DNA of 62,988 bases, the filler included, from Asterionella formosa (Eukaryota), in NCBI GenBank assembly GCA_002256025.1. It is 12 parts of 12 records of this genome, joined end to end, with 100 filler letters (N's around TTAATTAATTAA, not from the genome) between each part and the next. Parts side by side here need not be neighbours in the genome. Positions count along the whole stretch, not along the records: positions 23,835 to 47,559 come from NKIB01002405.1; positions 47,660 to 49,102 come from NKIB01002414.1; positions 49,203 to 50,645 come from NKIB01002415.1; positions 50,746 to 52,188 come from NKIB01002416.1; positions 52,289 to 53,731 come from NKIB01002418.1; positions 53,832 to 55,274 come from NKIB01002419.1; positions 55,375 to 56,817 come from NKIB01002420.1; positions 56,918 to 58,359 come from NKIB01002421.1; 4 more parts are not named here. One strand, written 5' to 3'. The translations under genes were made by a program, and so were the position numbers. Below, one piece after another: positions 45,907 to 58,459 of this stretch. Each line of letters starts with the position of its first letter. The stretch's first letter is position 1. The notes beneath the pieces are model-generated. The model was given only the letters and a program-made list of their open reading frames with translations, was not told the DNA's origin and ran no database searches.

Positions 45907-48900
45907 TCTTGGAAATTCTTAACTGCCAGCATCATCATAGCAATGACCCGATATAACTATTATAAACTACCGGTATGTATTTTCAGTGCGTACGCATGGT
46001 ATGTATGCATATATACCATACATTATACACTATATCGAGTGTTGACTACCGGTAATGAAGATTTTGGTATACAGGTAAAGATCAACTGTCGACTAGGAGT
46101 ACATATACAGTATAATGAAGACAATAGTATTCCGGTACAAGGGTACTTACTAGTAAGCAAACAATTTTGAAATCTCATCACCATCACGCTTCCATCATTC
46201 CCATCTCACAATGACTCCATTTTGTGGCATCCTCTATACAAGCAATCAAATCTAAACTGATAAATAACTTGTGTCACATCTTTTGCTTTAATTAATCATG
46301 TTATTGTTTAGACATCTTTGTAGTCGTGCGTTGTACAGCTACATACTGTGAAAGTGTCAAATCTGCTGATAGCATTGTTTTTTTGAACTGTGAATCTATA
46401 AATTTCATTAAAAACTGCGCTATCAGGCCCCTCTTGCTGCAAATAGTCCGGGACCTAGTACTATTTAAAAAAACAATAGAATAGAGATTATACCCGGTAG
46501 AAAATTTTGTTTCTTTTTTATACATGCTTGTAGAATTCTTGCCTTGATCACCTGGATGCAATTTTTGGGGCCACTGGGTCCCTGTAGGCCTGGCATTAGC
46601 AAAAACCCTTAACCTAGCTATCATGGAATATAATATTTTGCACCTTGATTGGCATGTTATAATCACATCCACCATGTTGCTATTATTCTGTTGCTTTACT
46701 CATCAATAGAACATCCTCCTGCGCCGCTTCAAATAGCCATATTTCCGCCATGACTAGCGCTACTAGTAAACACAGAAGGCGGCATGGGACGACACAATTT
46801 GGTTTGTATATGAACTATTTTGTGTTGGGCATGCAGATCTACACCTACAGGACCAATGGTTTCACGTGGAAAAGCTCTTGAGCTTGATAGTGGGCAAGCT
46901 GGAGCTGAAACTGTACAGTAATGTCTCAAATAAGGTCATATAGTAGCTACAATGAAGAAAAAAACGGTTTCACACCCATCGCTGTGAAATGGACTTGGAT
47001 TTCATGTTTGTCATGGATGAACGCAATGACAACAACAAGATTGCGGATGCATCTCCCCTACTGATAATAGAGCAATTCCCGCTCCAGCTATTGTCTTGCC
47101 ATTCGGGTACTTCTAAGTAATTATTAGTCTCTAAGTAATTTCTTAAGTAATTTTTATTTACGGGCAATATGGCACAACAAAATAACGGTAATATGCATAG
47201 AGATGGTACAACAAGCGTAAAACACACGAGAATGATTGTAACATGCAACATCAACGAAAATTGAACATGATGTTTGGAGCAACCAAAGTATGAAATGCGA
47301 TGTAATAAGTAGCATCAAATGAGAAATAGAAAAAATTGTTTTGGGTTAGAAATGAAATAAAAAATAAGAGTTCCAATGGAGACGTACGCATTGTGAATCA
47401 TTGTACTAGTACTTACACACCAGGCAACATTGACTTTCCATCACCACACAATCGAAGACTGAAATAAGAAGGGAAAAGCTGAACCCAATCTTGACCTACA
47501 TTGTTATGTAGCGTAAATGATCTGGTTTCTGCAACCATGCGCATTGCTGTAGTAGCCTGNNNNNNNNNNNNNNNNNNNNNNNNNNNNNNNNNNNNNNNNN
47601 NNNTTAATTAATTAANNNNNNNNNNNNNNNNNNNNNNNNNNNNNNNNNNNNNNNNNNNNACAGCTGCTAACCTGGTACCGGTATTGTGGCGGACATATCA
47701 TCGATAAACTACAAACCGTAGTCCATTAATTTATATTTCTTATGTACATACTGGTACCATGTATATGCACAAATACAGGCATAGTACCGGTAGGCAATGT
47801 TGTATTTAACATTTATCCAGCATTAGCCTAGACTTCTGCTACAATGTAGATGATAGCATTCATGATATTTTTCTCATATTACATTGTAAAGGAAAGTGGA
47901 AACGCAATATGGACAACTGCAGTGCAAATCATGACAAACCCAATCATCACCGGACACAGAGAAAAACGTTCTTTACCAAACATTTAATTCTACTAATGTG
48001 TGCTCTATAAATTAATTTCACACCCTGCTGCTACTGGTAGCAGTTGTCTGTCTGCTGTAAGTCCATAGGTTCAAGTTCCAGCACATACACATACATTTTG
48101 CCAAGAACATACTGTGCCATTCACCATTGAATGAATATTCCAGAGGTACATTTTAAAATTTCTCTGCTACTCCTCTTCATTCAAGCTCACAACCAAGGTA
48201 TGATGGTCAAAAGAGTGTTCACAAGGGTCACAAGATTACCCAGGTTTGTTGTAGCATCAATCTTCAACATGTATGAAGAGTTTTCTCATCAATTCTTGCT
48301 TTCTGTGGCGCAATTTCTCTCCCCTTTCCACTTATCTGCTACCATGTGAGATAACTCCCCTATCAGCTGATAATTGATCATGAAGACTAAGGAAGCTGTC
48401 CAAGATCACAATTCCCCCTAACATGCAGAGGTGATGAGACTGGTAATAGATCCATTGATACACATTTGCTGCAATTGTCCACGTCGTCTTTCACTATCCT
48501 CTACTAGTTTATCAAACCCACACGGTGGGTAGTCTGGTTTTCAGTTGGTAGTATCTACTGTAACCTTGTTAGACTACCGGTATTAGTCTACCTGCAGTAC
48601 AAGGATACCAGGTGCTTCGATGTGTGGTCGTGCGGTGACGATGATGGGGCAGTCCAAAAATGTACTCCCTGTACGACTCCGGAGCACTGGAGGAGTACCT
48701 GGTACCAGGGCGGAAGCAGGAAGCGACGTGATCGCATGCTTGTGCAGGAGTACCAGTCCGTCGCTGGGCACTAAATATATGGACATGATATGATACAATT
48801 GTACCTGTACCTGGTACCAGGTACCGGGATACCAAATAATTCACTATTTCTTACCGGTAGACCACCTACCTTGTGCCACCAAAACCACTGCATGCATACC

Positions 48901-49456
48901 CCTTCCCCGTATAGCGGTATAGAAACGCATTACCTGGTACCAGGTACCGTAATACCGGTGGTTACATTTATGTTACAGACAGCATCTCCGCGTCGCATCA
49001 CCAGTTTCAATCCTTCCCTTTCAAACAGATTCCATATAGAATGCACACTGTGTGGGTCAGATTGAACGCCGTCGTATTCTTTGGATTGACCGTATTGCTA
49101 GGNNNNNNNNNNNNNNNNNNNNNNNNNNNNNNNNNNNNNNNNNNNNTTAATTAATTAANNNNNNNNNNNNNNNNNNNNNNNNNNNNNNNNNNNNNNNNNN
49201 NNCACTCAGGCAATTATGAATTCAATTATTGCTTCAAACATGATTTCAATGCAGCAAACAATGCAAAGCCAAAATCTAACCTTAACAGCAGGTGCCAATA
49301 CACAACAAACTTTGTCTGCCTCAACTCAATTTCAAACACCAAAAATAACAGTGGTAGCAGTAGTAGTGATGACAAATAACAACCTTAAATTAATTCATTC
49401 TAATATAATGTGAAAGAAGTGGTGCTAAATAATCATGAAGGAATAATTTCTTTGAA

Positions 49457-50611
49457 TTACATGGCATATCTATTTGCATTCCTATGCAAAGAGGGCATAT
49501 ACACTGAAGCAATTTGGTTCTGACCAACTTTGCTAGCACGAAAGTTGTAGAGCAATACAATCATTTGGAGAATAAATTTTCTCTCACCTTTTTCTTCATA
49601 ACGAAATTTGTCTTTGATTCTCGGAAATGATCCCTGAAGGCATCGCATTCCCTATTCCAACAGCTGTCGGATGGACGTGGCTTGGCGATTCATACCAAAT
49701 CTTTGTCGAGGATTACCATTTGCATCAACATTGTTTTGATGCGATTTCAACATTGCATTTGATTTTTTCGATGCAAATGCTGAATCCACAACTACTTTTT
49801 TGCCTGTATCCCTGTAAACTGTTTCAATCTGATCATAGATCGATGACCAAATTGCCATGGTGGAGTCATGTAGAACACCAGGTGCATTGAAATATGAGCA
49901 GCGAATTTTTCCATCAGGCGAAAAAAGAAACAAGTTTGTCACATAGTGTTCATGGGTCCATCCATTGTAGAAGTTGTTCTGCTGTGTTTCATTTCCAGCC
50001 CGTTGCAGGGTCAGTTTCAGACCATCCATTGCTCCCCAACAATTTGTTATAAGTGGGTATTTCTGATTGATCATGGTTGCAAACAAGGTGGCTTCGTCTG
50101 CAGTAGGCAGTCTCACAACGGCATCTTCATGTGTCAGCAGTACTTTTACAATCATTCACCTTGAAAACCTCAACCAAACACTCAAAGAACCATGAGTTAA
50201 TCCGAAAATAATCTGAAGAATCATATAGGAACCACGAGTCCTGGTCCATGCTAACCTAAGCGCTAGACAACTGATGGATTAGAGGTATCTTTGCCGACCT
50301 TTCTTTGTTGTTGTATTTCTAACAATGAAATCCGTATTTTTCCTATAGGGAGTAAAGGAATAAAAACAAGGTTTGAACAGCTGGTGTAGGAGCTCGAAAG
50401 AAGCATGGTCAAACCTACACAAGGTAATCAGAGCATCATCATGCTTGCTGTTGAACAAAGTCCAGAATGGACTCGATAATGGATGCTGTAGTGCGTGGCG
50501 ACGGATTTTGCCACTTCTTCTTCTGACCTCATCAATAGTGAAACTTTCCCTGAACGATGGCGTCCTATTTACTGGTGGATAGCACATTGCTAACAGTAGC
50601 AATGTAATCAT
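49457..50611 (-). pseudogene. PIF/Harbinger (DDE_Tnp_4) transposase, frameshifted
   Basis: CWGAMDGLKL, YNGWTHEHYV, FSPDGKI, PGVLHDS, VVVDSAF, N.QATSIRQ..E, LQGSFPRI, LLYNFR spread across several frames. Confidence 0.85.
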
Positions 50612-50888
50612 AATGTCATCATCATCATCATCATCATCATCATCANNNNNNNNNNNNNNNNNNNNNNNNNNNNNNNNNNNNNNNNNNNNTTAATTAATTA
50701 ANNNNNNNNNNNNNNNNNNNNNNNNNNNNNNNNNNNNNNNNNNNNCACCCTCCTGGTCATTGATCGTTCACTGAGGCTTGTCTTTTAACTCCTGGACTCC
50801 TGAAACTTTTTTAAAAGGTATTTACAAAAAGGCAGATCTCCGCAAGACCCTCAACAAAGCGCCACTACCAGCCACTTGCAAGACCAGC

Positions 50889-52087
50889 ATGGACCAGCAG
50901 AGTTCCGGACCCAAAAGATCCAGGGACGACGATGAGGATCAACATGATGATGCTACTGGCAAGTCGTCGTTGGGAGGAACAGACAGGAAGAAGAAGAGCG
51001 AACGAGAGAGGTCACGAAGGCTTGATTTCAATTCACAATTGAGATCGCTTCGATTGCTACTGATTCGAGTGAGTCCTGAATTGGACAACAGCAAGGATCG
51101 GAACCGACTTTTTGGGAACCGAGTTGAAGTTCTCAACGAAACGAGAAACGCATTGGAGCGGCTACACGAAGAAAATGAAGAGCGATCGAAAATTATCGCG
51201 GAAATGATGAGCACGTCGAATTCTGTTGCTTCATTGTCGTCAGGGGAGGAGGAGCACCATAGTACTTTGGTAAGTTGTTGTCATGATGGGTGTGGCCGAT
51301 GCATCTGTATTATCAGCATAGCTATGATATCCCTGCTGCACCCAACTTACTGCTTCATTTTTTGGAACGCCGTAAAATCCATTTTATGAAACATACACGA
51401 TTGCGGCATCATTCAGTGCAATATCTACAAAATCGCCCGCTGACACCTTGTCTCGTCCTTCTTGACTACTCTCATACCAACACTGCTAATGGCTTGATCG
51501 CTGCTCCTTGTTTCTACCCTCAGAATACAATACCGAACAATAGAAGAAACCAGCATATAGACAGAAATATTATCCAGCAGAACCTGCGTGTGCTGCAGCA
51601 GCAGCATCCAGTGGTAATGGCAGCGAATCCACCCGTACTACTACCACCGCCACTGATGTTTTTCCCGAATCCTTCTGTTCTGGATCAACTTTCCTTGGTT
51701 AGTAATGGAAGAATGATTCCAGGGGTAGCTCAAGATCAGCATTTCCTCCAGCAGCTAGCACCTCAACAAGCAGCAGCCGGGCTCTTGCAAGGTGGGGGAC
51801 TATCGCTTCCTACCAGGGCTGCTGGTCTTGGCCTTTCGGTGAATCCAGCTTTCCATCAGCAAGCAATGGCCATGTCATCTTATTTGGAGGCCGCGAAATC
51901 GAATCCACCACGACAACATATGATGCCTCAGTTAGACGAGGAACTCAAAAGAAAAGAAAATAGCATACCCTACTATAGTCGAGGTGATAGTAATGCAACG
52001 ACGGCCTCCTCTTCAAGAACATCAGCATCCACTTCAAGGACGACATCCTCTCCATCTCCTCCTCCCCATCCGGAACAGCAATTATGA
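50889..52087 (+). CDS. bHLH transcription factor with Gln/Pro-rich tail; intron 51270-51523
   Basis: Basic-HLH KKSERERSRRLDFNSQLRSLRLLL...NRVEVLNETRNALERL; a GTAAGT...GCTAAT...CTCAG intron joins the two ORFs in phase 0. Confidence 0.8.
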
Positions 52088-52589
52088 AGGTAAGGAGGTG
52101 AAATGTAATGGTGTCGTAACTAGCTATAACGAGGAAGATTGGGATGGCTTCCTGGCTCAGATCAGTGACAAAACAATCATGCAACAATNNNNNNNNNNNN
52201 NNNNNNNNNNNNNNNNNNNNNNNNNNNNNNNNTTAATTAATTAANNNNNNNNNNNNNNNNNNNNNNNNNNNNNNNNNNNNNNNNNNNNATGGTAAGGATG
52301 ATTGTTGATATGCTTCATGCACCCACTTGCCAACAACCACATCGCTTCGATTTTCTCCATCAATTCATGCCCAATAGCACTCCGAAGATTTGCAGTCGAT
52401 AACACACACTAATTCGAATAGATATTTAGTTTAGCATTTCAAATTTAATATTAAATGTTTTGTTCCGTACCTATTTTGTCCTCATTAGGGTTGGTTGTTG
52501 CTTGCATCCTCACGAATCATGTCGCGATATTTCTCGAGATCCATTTCGTTCTGTTTTTCTCAATCAATTCAGGGCAGATTGCAATCAAA

Positions 52590-52800
52590 CAATTTGTACA
52601 CTGTCAAATTCTTAAGGAGGTTTTATCAAGTGCTGCTGAGGACGAATTAGCTGCTTTGTTCCACAATCATGGCAAAGAGGCATATGCTATTCGCAACATT
52701 CTTGTTGAGCTTGGTCATCCCCAACCTTCTACCCGTATTGTCACCGATAATAGCACTGCCAGTGGCATTGCCAATTAAACCGTCCGCCAAAAACACTCCA
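52590..52800 (+). mobile_element. Ty1/Copia RNase H fragment (degenerate)
   Basis: ILKEVLSSAAEDELAALF...LVELGHPQPSTRIVTDNSTASGIAN followed by a stop. Confidence 0.8.
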
Positions 52801-52809
52801 AAGATTCTT

Positions 52810-53731
52810 GCTATTTCTATTGCTGAATTCGCAATGCTCTTTACGTAGTTGGCCCCCTTCGGTAAATCAGGATGAATCAATAAAGACAAAGGTGAATCCT
52901 TACTCTGTGATACATGCCCAATCTTATTAGGGACACCTGATATAGTCCATAGACCATTTGATGATAAAGCAGAGACTTGAACTTTAACAGGAAGGGCTTG
53001 GGAATGGATCTTGTTAGTAGGCAACATTCCCAAATTATCAGGTGACCTACTAGGCAACATCATTGTATCCGGAATCATTCCTTCGAAATCAATTTCTGTT
53101 GAAATACCCTCAGTTACATTGATGGTATTTTCTCTACTCATCTTCTTTTGTTTGTTTTCTGTATGTAATGAATCACTTACAAAAACAATTTTTCGTGCCA
53201 AGGCAGACTGCCTTGTTTCAGATGACCTTGTTAAAATGTCATGCTTTAATCGATGTAATTGTCCGTTGACACGCTTACTGGGTCGTTTCAATTTGTCTTT
53301 CAAAAAAGACTCCAAATATCCACCAAAGAAATTAAAAGGAGATCCGAACTTCCTAATCAGATGAGGGTAATGTTTCATTCTGTGACATTTTGCCATTCGT
53401 AACCCAATTTGAGATATCATTTCCCATTGGGGACAAATCATAATCTTAGTAACTGACATAAATCCTCTCTTTACCCTTTCCTCTAAAATATCAACACATG
53501 TTGATGTATACTGTGGTATGAATAAAGTGTCATTGATAGATATACATAACCATAACAGCAATGTGAAATCCTTTTCTAGGTGCATGTTCTCTGAACCCAT
53601 CTTGCCCTGACATTTTCGACAAAGCTGTCATCCCAGATCTGTAGTATTTTGACAATTTTGGAATATCACGATCGCTTTACCTTTCCAAATGACTATTGAT
53701 ATATCTAGCACTTTGTTCGAAGTATAGTATA
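52810..53731 (-). mobile_element. Partial DNA transposase-like ORF (Plavaka/CACTA-like C-terminal catalytic region)
   Basis: AKCHRMKHYPHLIRKFGSPFNFFGGYLESFLKDKLKRPSKRV matches the K.H...H...I..FG...N.....ES pattern of this transposase group; similarity runs to the contig edge. Confidence 0.55.
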
Positions 53732-54559
53732 NNNNNNNNNNNNNNNNNNNNNNNNNNNNNNNNNNNNNNNNNNNNTTAATTAATTAANNNNNNNNNNNNN
53801 NNNNNNNNNNNNNNNNNNNNNNNNNNNNNNNCCTAAATTCTTTCACTACGATACTTCGATCCAATGCCTATTAGCATCTACGTTGCTGAGTATATATATT
53901 GATCACTTTATATATGCTATTTTTCAATAAGTCGAACTCCTTTCAGGTAAATCTATGTTTTCGTTTTCAAGTTATAGCATCTGTTAGTTAACTAGGCCGA
54001 AGCTTATAGACCTGAAATACGACGATTGAAGATTGAGAAGCTATTAAGGCAAAATCGTTGTATTTCGGTATTCAGGAAATTTCATTGCCTCCTTATGGTC
54101 CTGAAGATTAAAGACTAAAATACGGTACATGTCAAATAACCTGATGTCATGATTTGATCTATAATTTCTACCGGTACATAGATGAAAAAATGATAGTCTC
54201 CCGGTAGTCTCATTTGTTGGTATATTGTTTGTAATTGTTACAATGGAAATCATAAACACTCAAAATTACCATTGTCGTGATTGCTCTTGTTGGAATCAAA
54301 GGCCTTCACATTGGCCTGTCGCCTTTCTCCTTCTTCCCAACCACCTCAAGCAACGCCATACTGTCCCAATGGTGGTTCAAGCAAACGTTCGTGATCGTGA
54401 TTGTGGTCATCGAACCTGATGTTGGTACGTATCCTGACTGATCTCATGGAATACCTTCTATTGTATTGTAGTTCTCAGCTAAGACAAGTAGCTATTGCAC
54501 TCCTAATACTCACGTATCATTTCGTATCATCCATTGGACACATACAAATACTCGCTACA

Positions 54560-55274
54560 GTTGGAAAGACCAAGGAGCGACGAAATGCCAGAAACTAAAT
54601 GATGCTGAGCAGGAGGAAGCCTCCTTAATTGTCAAGGCGGTGGAGAGGCTCAAACTTCAATTGGAGCAGGAGTAGGATCATGATAAAATTAATAACCGGA
54701 ACGTTGCCTCCTCACGACGGCTGCTAGAGAAGGAGCTCAACATTCATTTCAAGCGCTTGGAGGTCAATCAGAAAAACGAAGAAGCATTCCAAAGACAATG
54801 CGGCATATCTGCAAGATTGATCCAAAAGAGGTTCCTTCTATTCCTACTTTACCTTCCTCTGATCCTACTTCAACTCTTTCTGATCCCATTTTACATCCTC
54901 CTTTTGATGATACTTTACCTTCTTCTGATCCTATCATGCCCGTCGTTCCCCCCGAGAATTGTTGCTGAATGAATGGGCTCCAAAAAGTGCGGTTTGATGA
55001 TTGCAAGAGACAGGGAGCGAACCTTATATCGCCCTCAAATTTGGAAGGAAATGGTAAACTCGGTTGAAGATGCCTTCAACAAAGGTGGTCCGGCTGGAAT
55101 AATGATTAAGGGACCGCAGGGAATTGGCATGTCGCACTCAGCACTTGTCAACTTGGTTCGTACGTTGCAATATGACAGCAGGTGCAAGTACCTCGTAACT
55201 TTCATTCCAGACTATGAAAAATGGAAAGACTTGTACACTTTAATTTGCAGTTCATTTGGTACTTCATTATCTGC
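54560..55274 (+). pseudogene. Degenerate P-loop NTPase gene fragment (possibly Crinkler-like)
   Basis: GIMIKGPQGIGMS (Walker A Lys replaced by Met), LVTFIPD; the upstream coiled-coil-like frame is interrupted by stops. Confidence 0.35.
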
Positions 55275-55374
55275 NNNNNNNNNNNNNNNNNNNNNNNNNN
55301 NNNNNNNNNNNNNNNNNNTTAATTAATTAANNNNNNNNNNNNNNNNNNNNNNNNNNNNNNNNNNNNNNNNNNNN

Positions 55375-56029
55375 TTGCAATCCCAATAGTGGCTTCACAT
55401 CCTGAAGGAAGGCGTGCAACAATGGTAGGATGATATGATTGATTCCTTTGTGCCATCATGGCGACTCTTTGAAGATGACTTGACTGACCAAATGTTTTAA
55501 TCGTTAAAATCCCACCTTCTTCTTTCAAAAAATCGTTCCCTTGAACATGCTGATTATGACTCTGACCACTACAAACAGCTCCTCCACCAGAACTCAGTTC
55601 ATTGCCATCAATATCAGCACAAACCAAAGTTACTCCTTCCTCTTCGGATTCAATGTCTTCAAAAAGCCTGCCAGCAGTGTTATCGACTCTTACAGAATCT
55701 GGTGTCACAATATCACTTCGAATATGTTGTTGCCCAGAATCAAACACAAGTTTTTTTCGGATAACTCTTGGATCCGTATTTGGACGTGGAAACTTTGCCA
55801 AAGAAGAACGCCTAATATATGATACATTCGAAATGGGAGTTCTGTTTGAAGACCCTTGTGAGACATTGGAACGTACATTCTTGTCCTTCTCAATAGATTC
55901 GATTTCCTTTGCATCAGATTCAAAGTCAAAATCTCCCAAACTGTTAGATTCAACACCACCTCCTCCACCGACTGGTTCATGACTTTTCTCATCTTCAATT
56001 AAAGCATCACAAATACCTTCAGAACTCAT
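55375..56029 (-). CDS. Orphan 283-aa protein, N-terminal part (continues across the junction into 56700-56504)
   Basis: ATG at 56029 (MSSEGICD...) is open to the contig end; the same peptide (MMAQRNQSYHPT...ATIGIA) continues in ORF 56504-56785 to a stop. 655+197=852 nt, in frame. Confidence 0.65.
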
Positions 56030-56078
56030 CTTTTCAAATAAAATTAAAAATATGAAGATAATTTGAGACAATATATGC

Positions 56079-56326
56079 ACACACAAAACTGTTCAATAAA
56101 TGAACACACAAAACTGTTCAATAAATGAATGGAATAAAAAATCGCTCAACTCGCTAAACAAGAAGAATTTTTAACAAACTGTCTCTCAATAACATCAATG
56201 AATGGAATAGAAAATCGCTCAACTCGCTAAACAAGAAGAATTTTTAACAAACTGTCTCTCAATAACATCAGTTTATCTATAAAAAAAATTTAACAAACTG
56301 TCTCTCAATAACATCAGTTTATCTAT
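56079..56326. repeat. Nested direct repeats upstream of the orphan ORF
   Basis: 25-bp unit x2 (acacacaaaactgttcaataaatga), 73-bp unit x2, 46-bp-period unit x2; core aacaaactgtctctcaataacatca x3; followed by an A-rich tract. Confidence 0.9.
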
Positions 56327-56917
56327 TAAAAAAAAACTAAGTATATACCTACATGAATAAAATACAAACAATAACACATAAATTAATCCATAAAGATCAA
56401 ACTCGCTAAATTGCAAAAATTTGAAATATAACTAAGAATTTAAAAAACATAAAGAAGGAATACAAATAATCCGATGTATACATAAAAACTGCCGACCATA
56501 ATTTCAAAATACTGTCATAGACTTGTTGGTTAGACCAAAACCATTTTTATTAATCTCAAGAAAATCAGAAGCATCAGACAACCTGTATACACCGATATTC
56601 TGAAATATATCAGAGAATAAATTCACACATTTTTCACTGAGAAGATCAGAAAGAGGATTACTTAAAATTCCAATCCCATATTCTTCATGATCTCCAACTT
56701 TTGCAATCCCAATAGTGGCTTCACATCCTGAAGGAAGGCGTGCAACAATGGTAGGATGATATGATTGATTCCTTTGTGCCATCATGGCGACTCTTTGAAG
56801 ATGACTTGACTGACCAANNNNNNNNNNNNNNNNNNNNNNNNNNNNNNNNNNNNNNNNNNNNTTAATTAATTAANNNNNNNNNNNNNNNNNNNNNNNNNNN
56901 NNNNNNNNNNNNNNNNN

Positions 56918-57409
56918 TCGTACTTGAACTGGGTTTCGAAGACTTTCGACCAACGCACTCTTCCCTGTTCCTGTAAATCCTTTGACAAAGACGACTTCAG
57001 AATCATGCCCTGGATCGCAGATCCGCTGATATGCGTTTTCTAACTGGGCGAGTTCATGTTCTCTGCCATAAATCCTAGATTCTGCAACGGAGAGTTTCCT
57101 GTCAACGACGTTGTCTCTGTCAAAATTTCCCATTGTAAGCGAGCTGATTACAGTTCCATCAGAAGCCATACGAGGAAAGAGTAATAAATCTCTTCCAACA
57201 AAGTCATGAACATTCGAAGGGTTGAGACTCATTTCGTAGTTCTCCAACGAAGACTGATTTCGTAATGGCCTCGTGATGGTCGCGTCCTCTGGAAGTATAT
57301 TCCATTCATTCTCGATTTGTCTCGTCGTCATGATCACTTCGGATGACGAATTATTACTGAATTTCAGTTCGTCCTCATCGTCAACCACAAGAAGGGGCTC
57401 TGGAGTCAT
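56918..57409 (-). CDS. Partial STAND/AAA_16 ATPase protein (truncated at the contig edge)
   Basis: IYGREHELAQLENAYQRI...VVFVKGFTGTGKSALVESL. Start uncertain; the longer track ORF runs into a MITE. Confidence 0.7.
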
Positions 57410-57534
57410 CGTTTCCCTTGTATTAATTGATCTTTCGTTAATTTTTTTATTTTGATCTCGTGATCTTTCGTAAATTTTTGTGATCGTGGACAAATATTTA
57501 CAAGTCGCTTTGAATTTCTGTACAGCATTAAGTA

Positions 57535-57633
57535 CTGCAAGTTGCGGTAATTTTGCTGAAACTAAAGATTTAGCTATCTTTATCCCAGATTCAAATGTTA
57601 GTTTAATTAAGCAAAATGACCGCAACTTGCTGG
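57535..57633. mobile_element. 99-bp MITE (inverted relative to the 19047 copy), TA-flanked
   Basis: TA|CTGCAAGTTGCGGTAATTTTGCT ... AGCAAAATGACCGCAACTTGCTGG|TA. Confidence 0.9.
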
Positions 57634-58459
57634 TACTCGGAGTATGAACTGTCGCGTTTTGTGAGTACCCGGTACCTTGTAGCTGTTTACCGGTAGGCTA
57701 GCAAACCAGTATGCGGTTCTAGTCTTACGGATTCAGTCTACAGTGTATACATTGATTTGAACAGTGTATACAGTCCAGTCCACAATGTACAGTATAAAAA
57801 ACGTTCACCTCAAAAGCAAGAACAACCGCCCAGATAGATTATCAATACCCGGTAGTCATACATGACTATGAACCGGTATGCAAACGTATCATGGGCTACC
57901 AAGTATGACTACCGGTAGTCTACCAGTAGAAATAATGCATATAAAGGGCGATATGTAAAGTCTTCATTTGTCGCGCCTGGAAATAACATGTATATAGGCA
58001 GGAGACACTTACGAAGCCCTGCCTCCTGATGACGAAAAATGATTGTTGTTGACGACAGATGAGCAATCTCGAAAAATTAAAAATACTTTGGTACCTTTTA
58101 TTGTGAGCGATCCCGCGCATCAATACAGATGTTTATAGGGTTAGGGCTATATCAAATACTGGCGAGTGTGTTACCTGGTACCAGGGTCCCCTGAACCTGG
58201 TACCTGGTGAGCGATCTTGCGCATCAATACAGATGTATATAGGGTTAGTGTTATATCATATATGTATCAGAACTCAATAATGAGAGAACTCGACTAACCC
58301 TCATTGTATACTTTGGTGTCGACTTGGAGAACGAGTTACACACAAGGATTAACAAATAANNNNNNNNNNNNNNNNNNNNNNNNNNNNNNNNNNNNNNNNN
58401 NNNTTAATTAATTAANNNNNNNNNNNNNNNNNNNNNNNNNNNNNNNNNNNNNNNNNNNN

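Larger units (their letters stand above)
55375..56817. repeat. Contig with identical 117-bp ends, i.e. a 1326-bp circular or tandem unit
   Basis: 55375-55491 is identical to 56701-56817 (ttgcaatcccaatagtgg...gacttgactgaccaa). Confidence 0.93.

Noticed and set aside
46250..48600. Short ORFs at 46301-47254 and 47990-48560 as possible genes or transposase relics
   Set aside because: Fragmented, with no motif I can recognise; cannot be supported without a homology search.
57410..57625. N-terminal extension of the ATPase ORF (MRSFCLIK...)
   Set aside because: The non-ATG start lies inside the MITE at 57535-57633, so the extension is probably chance read-through.
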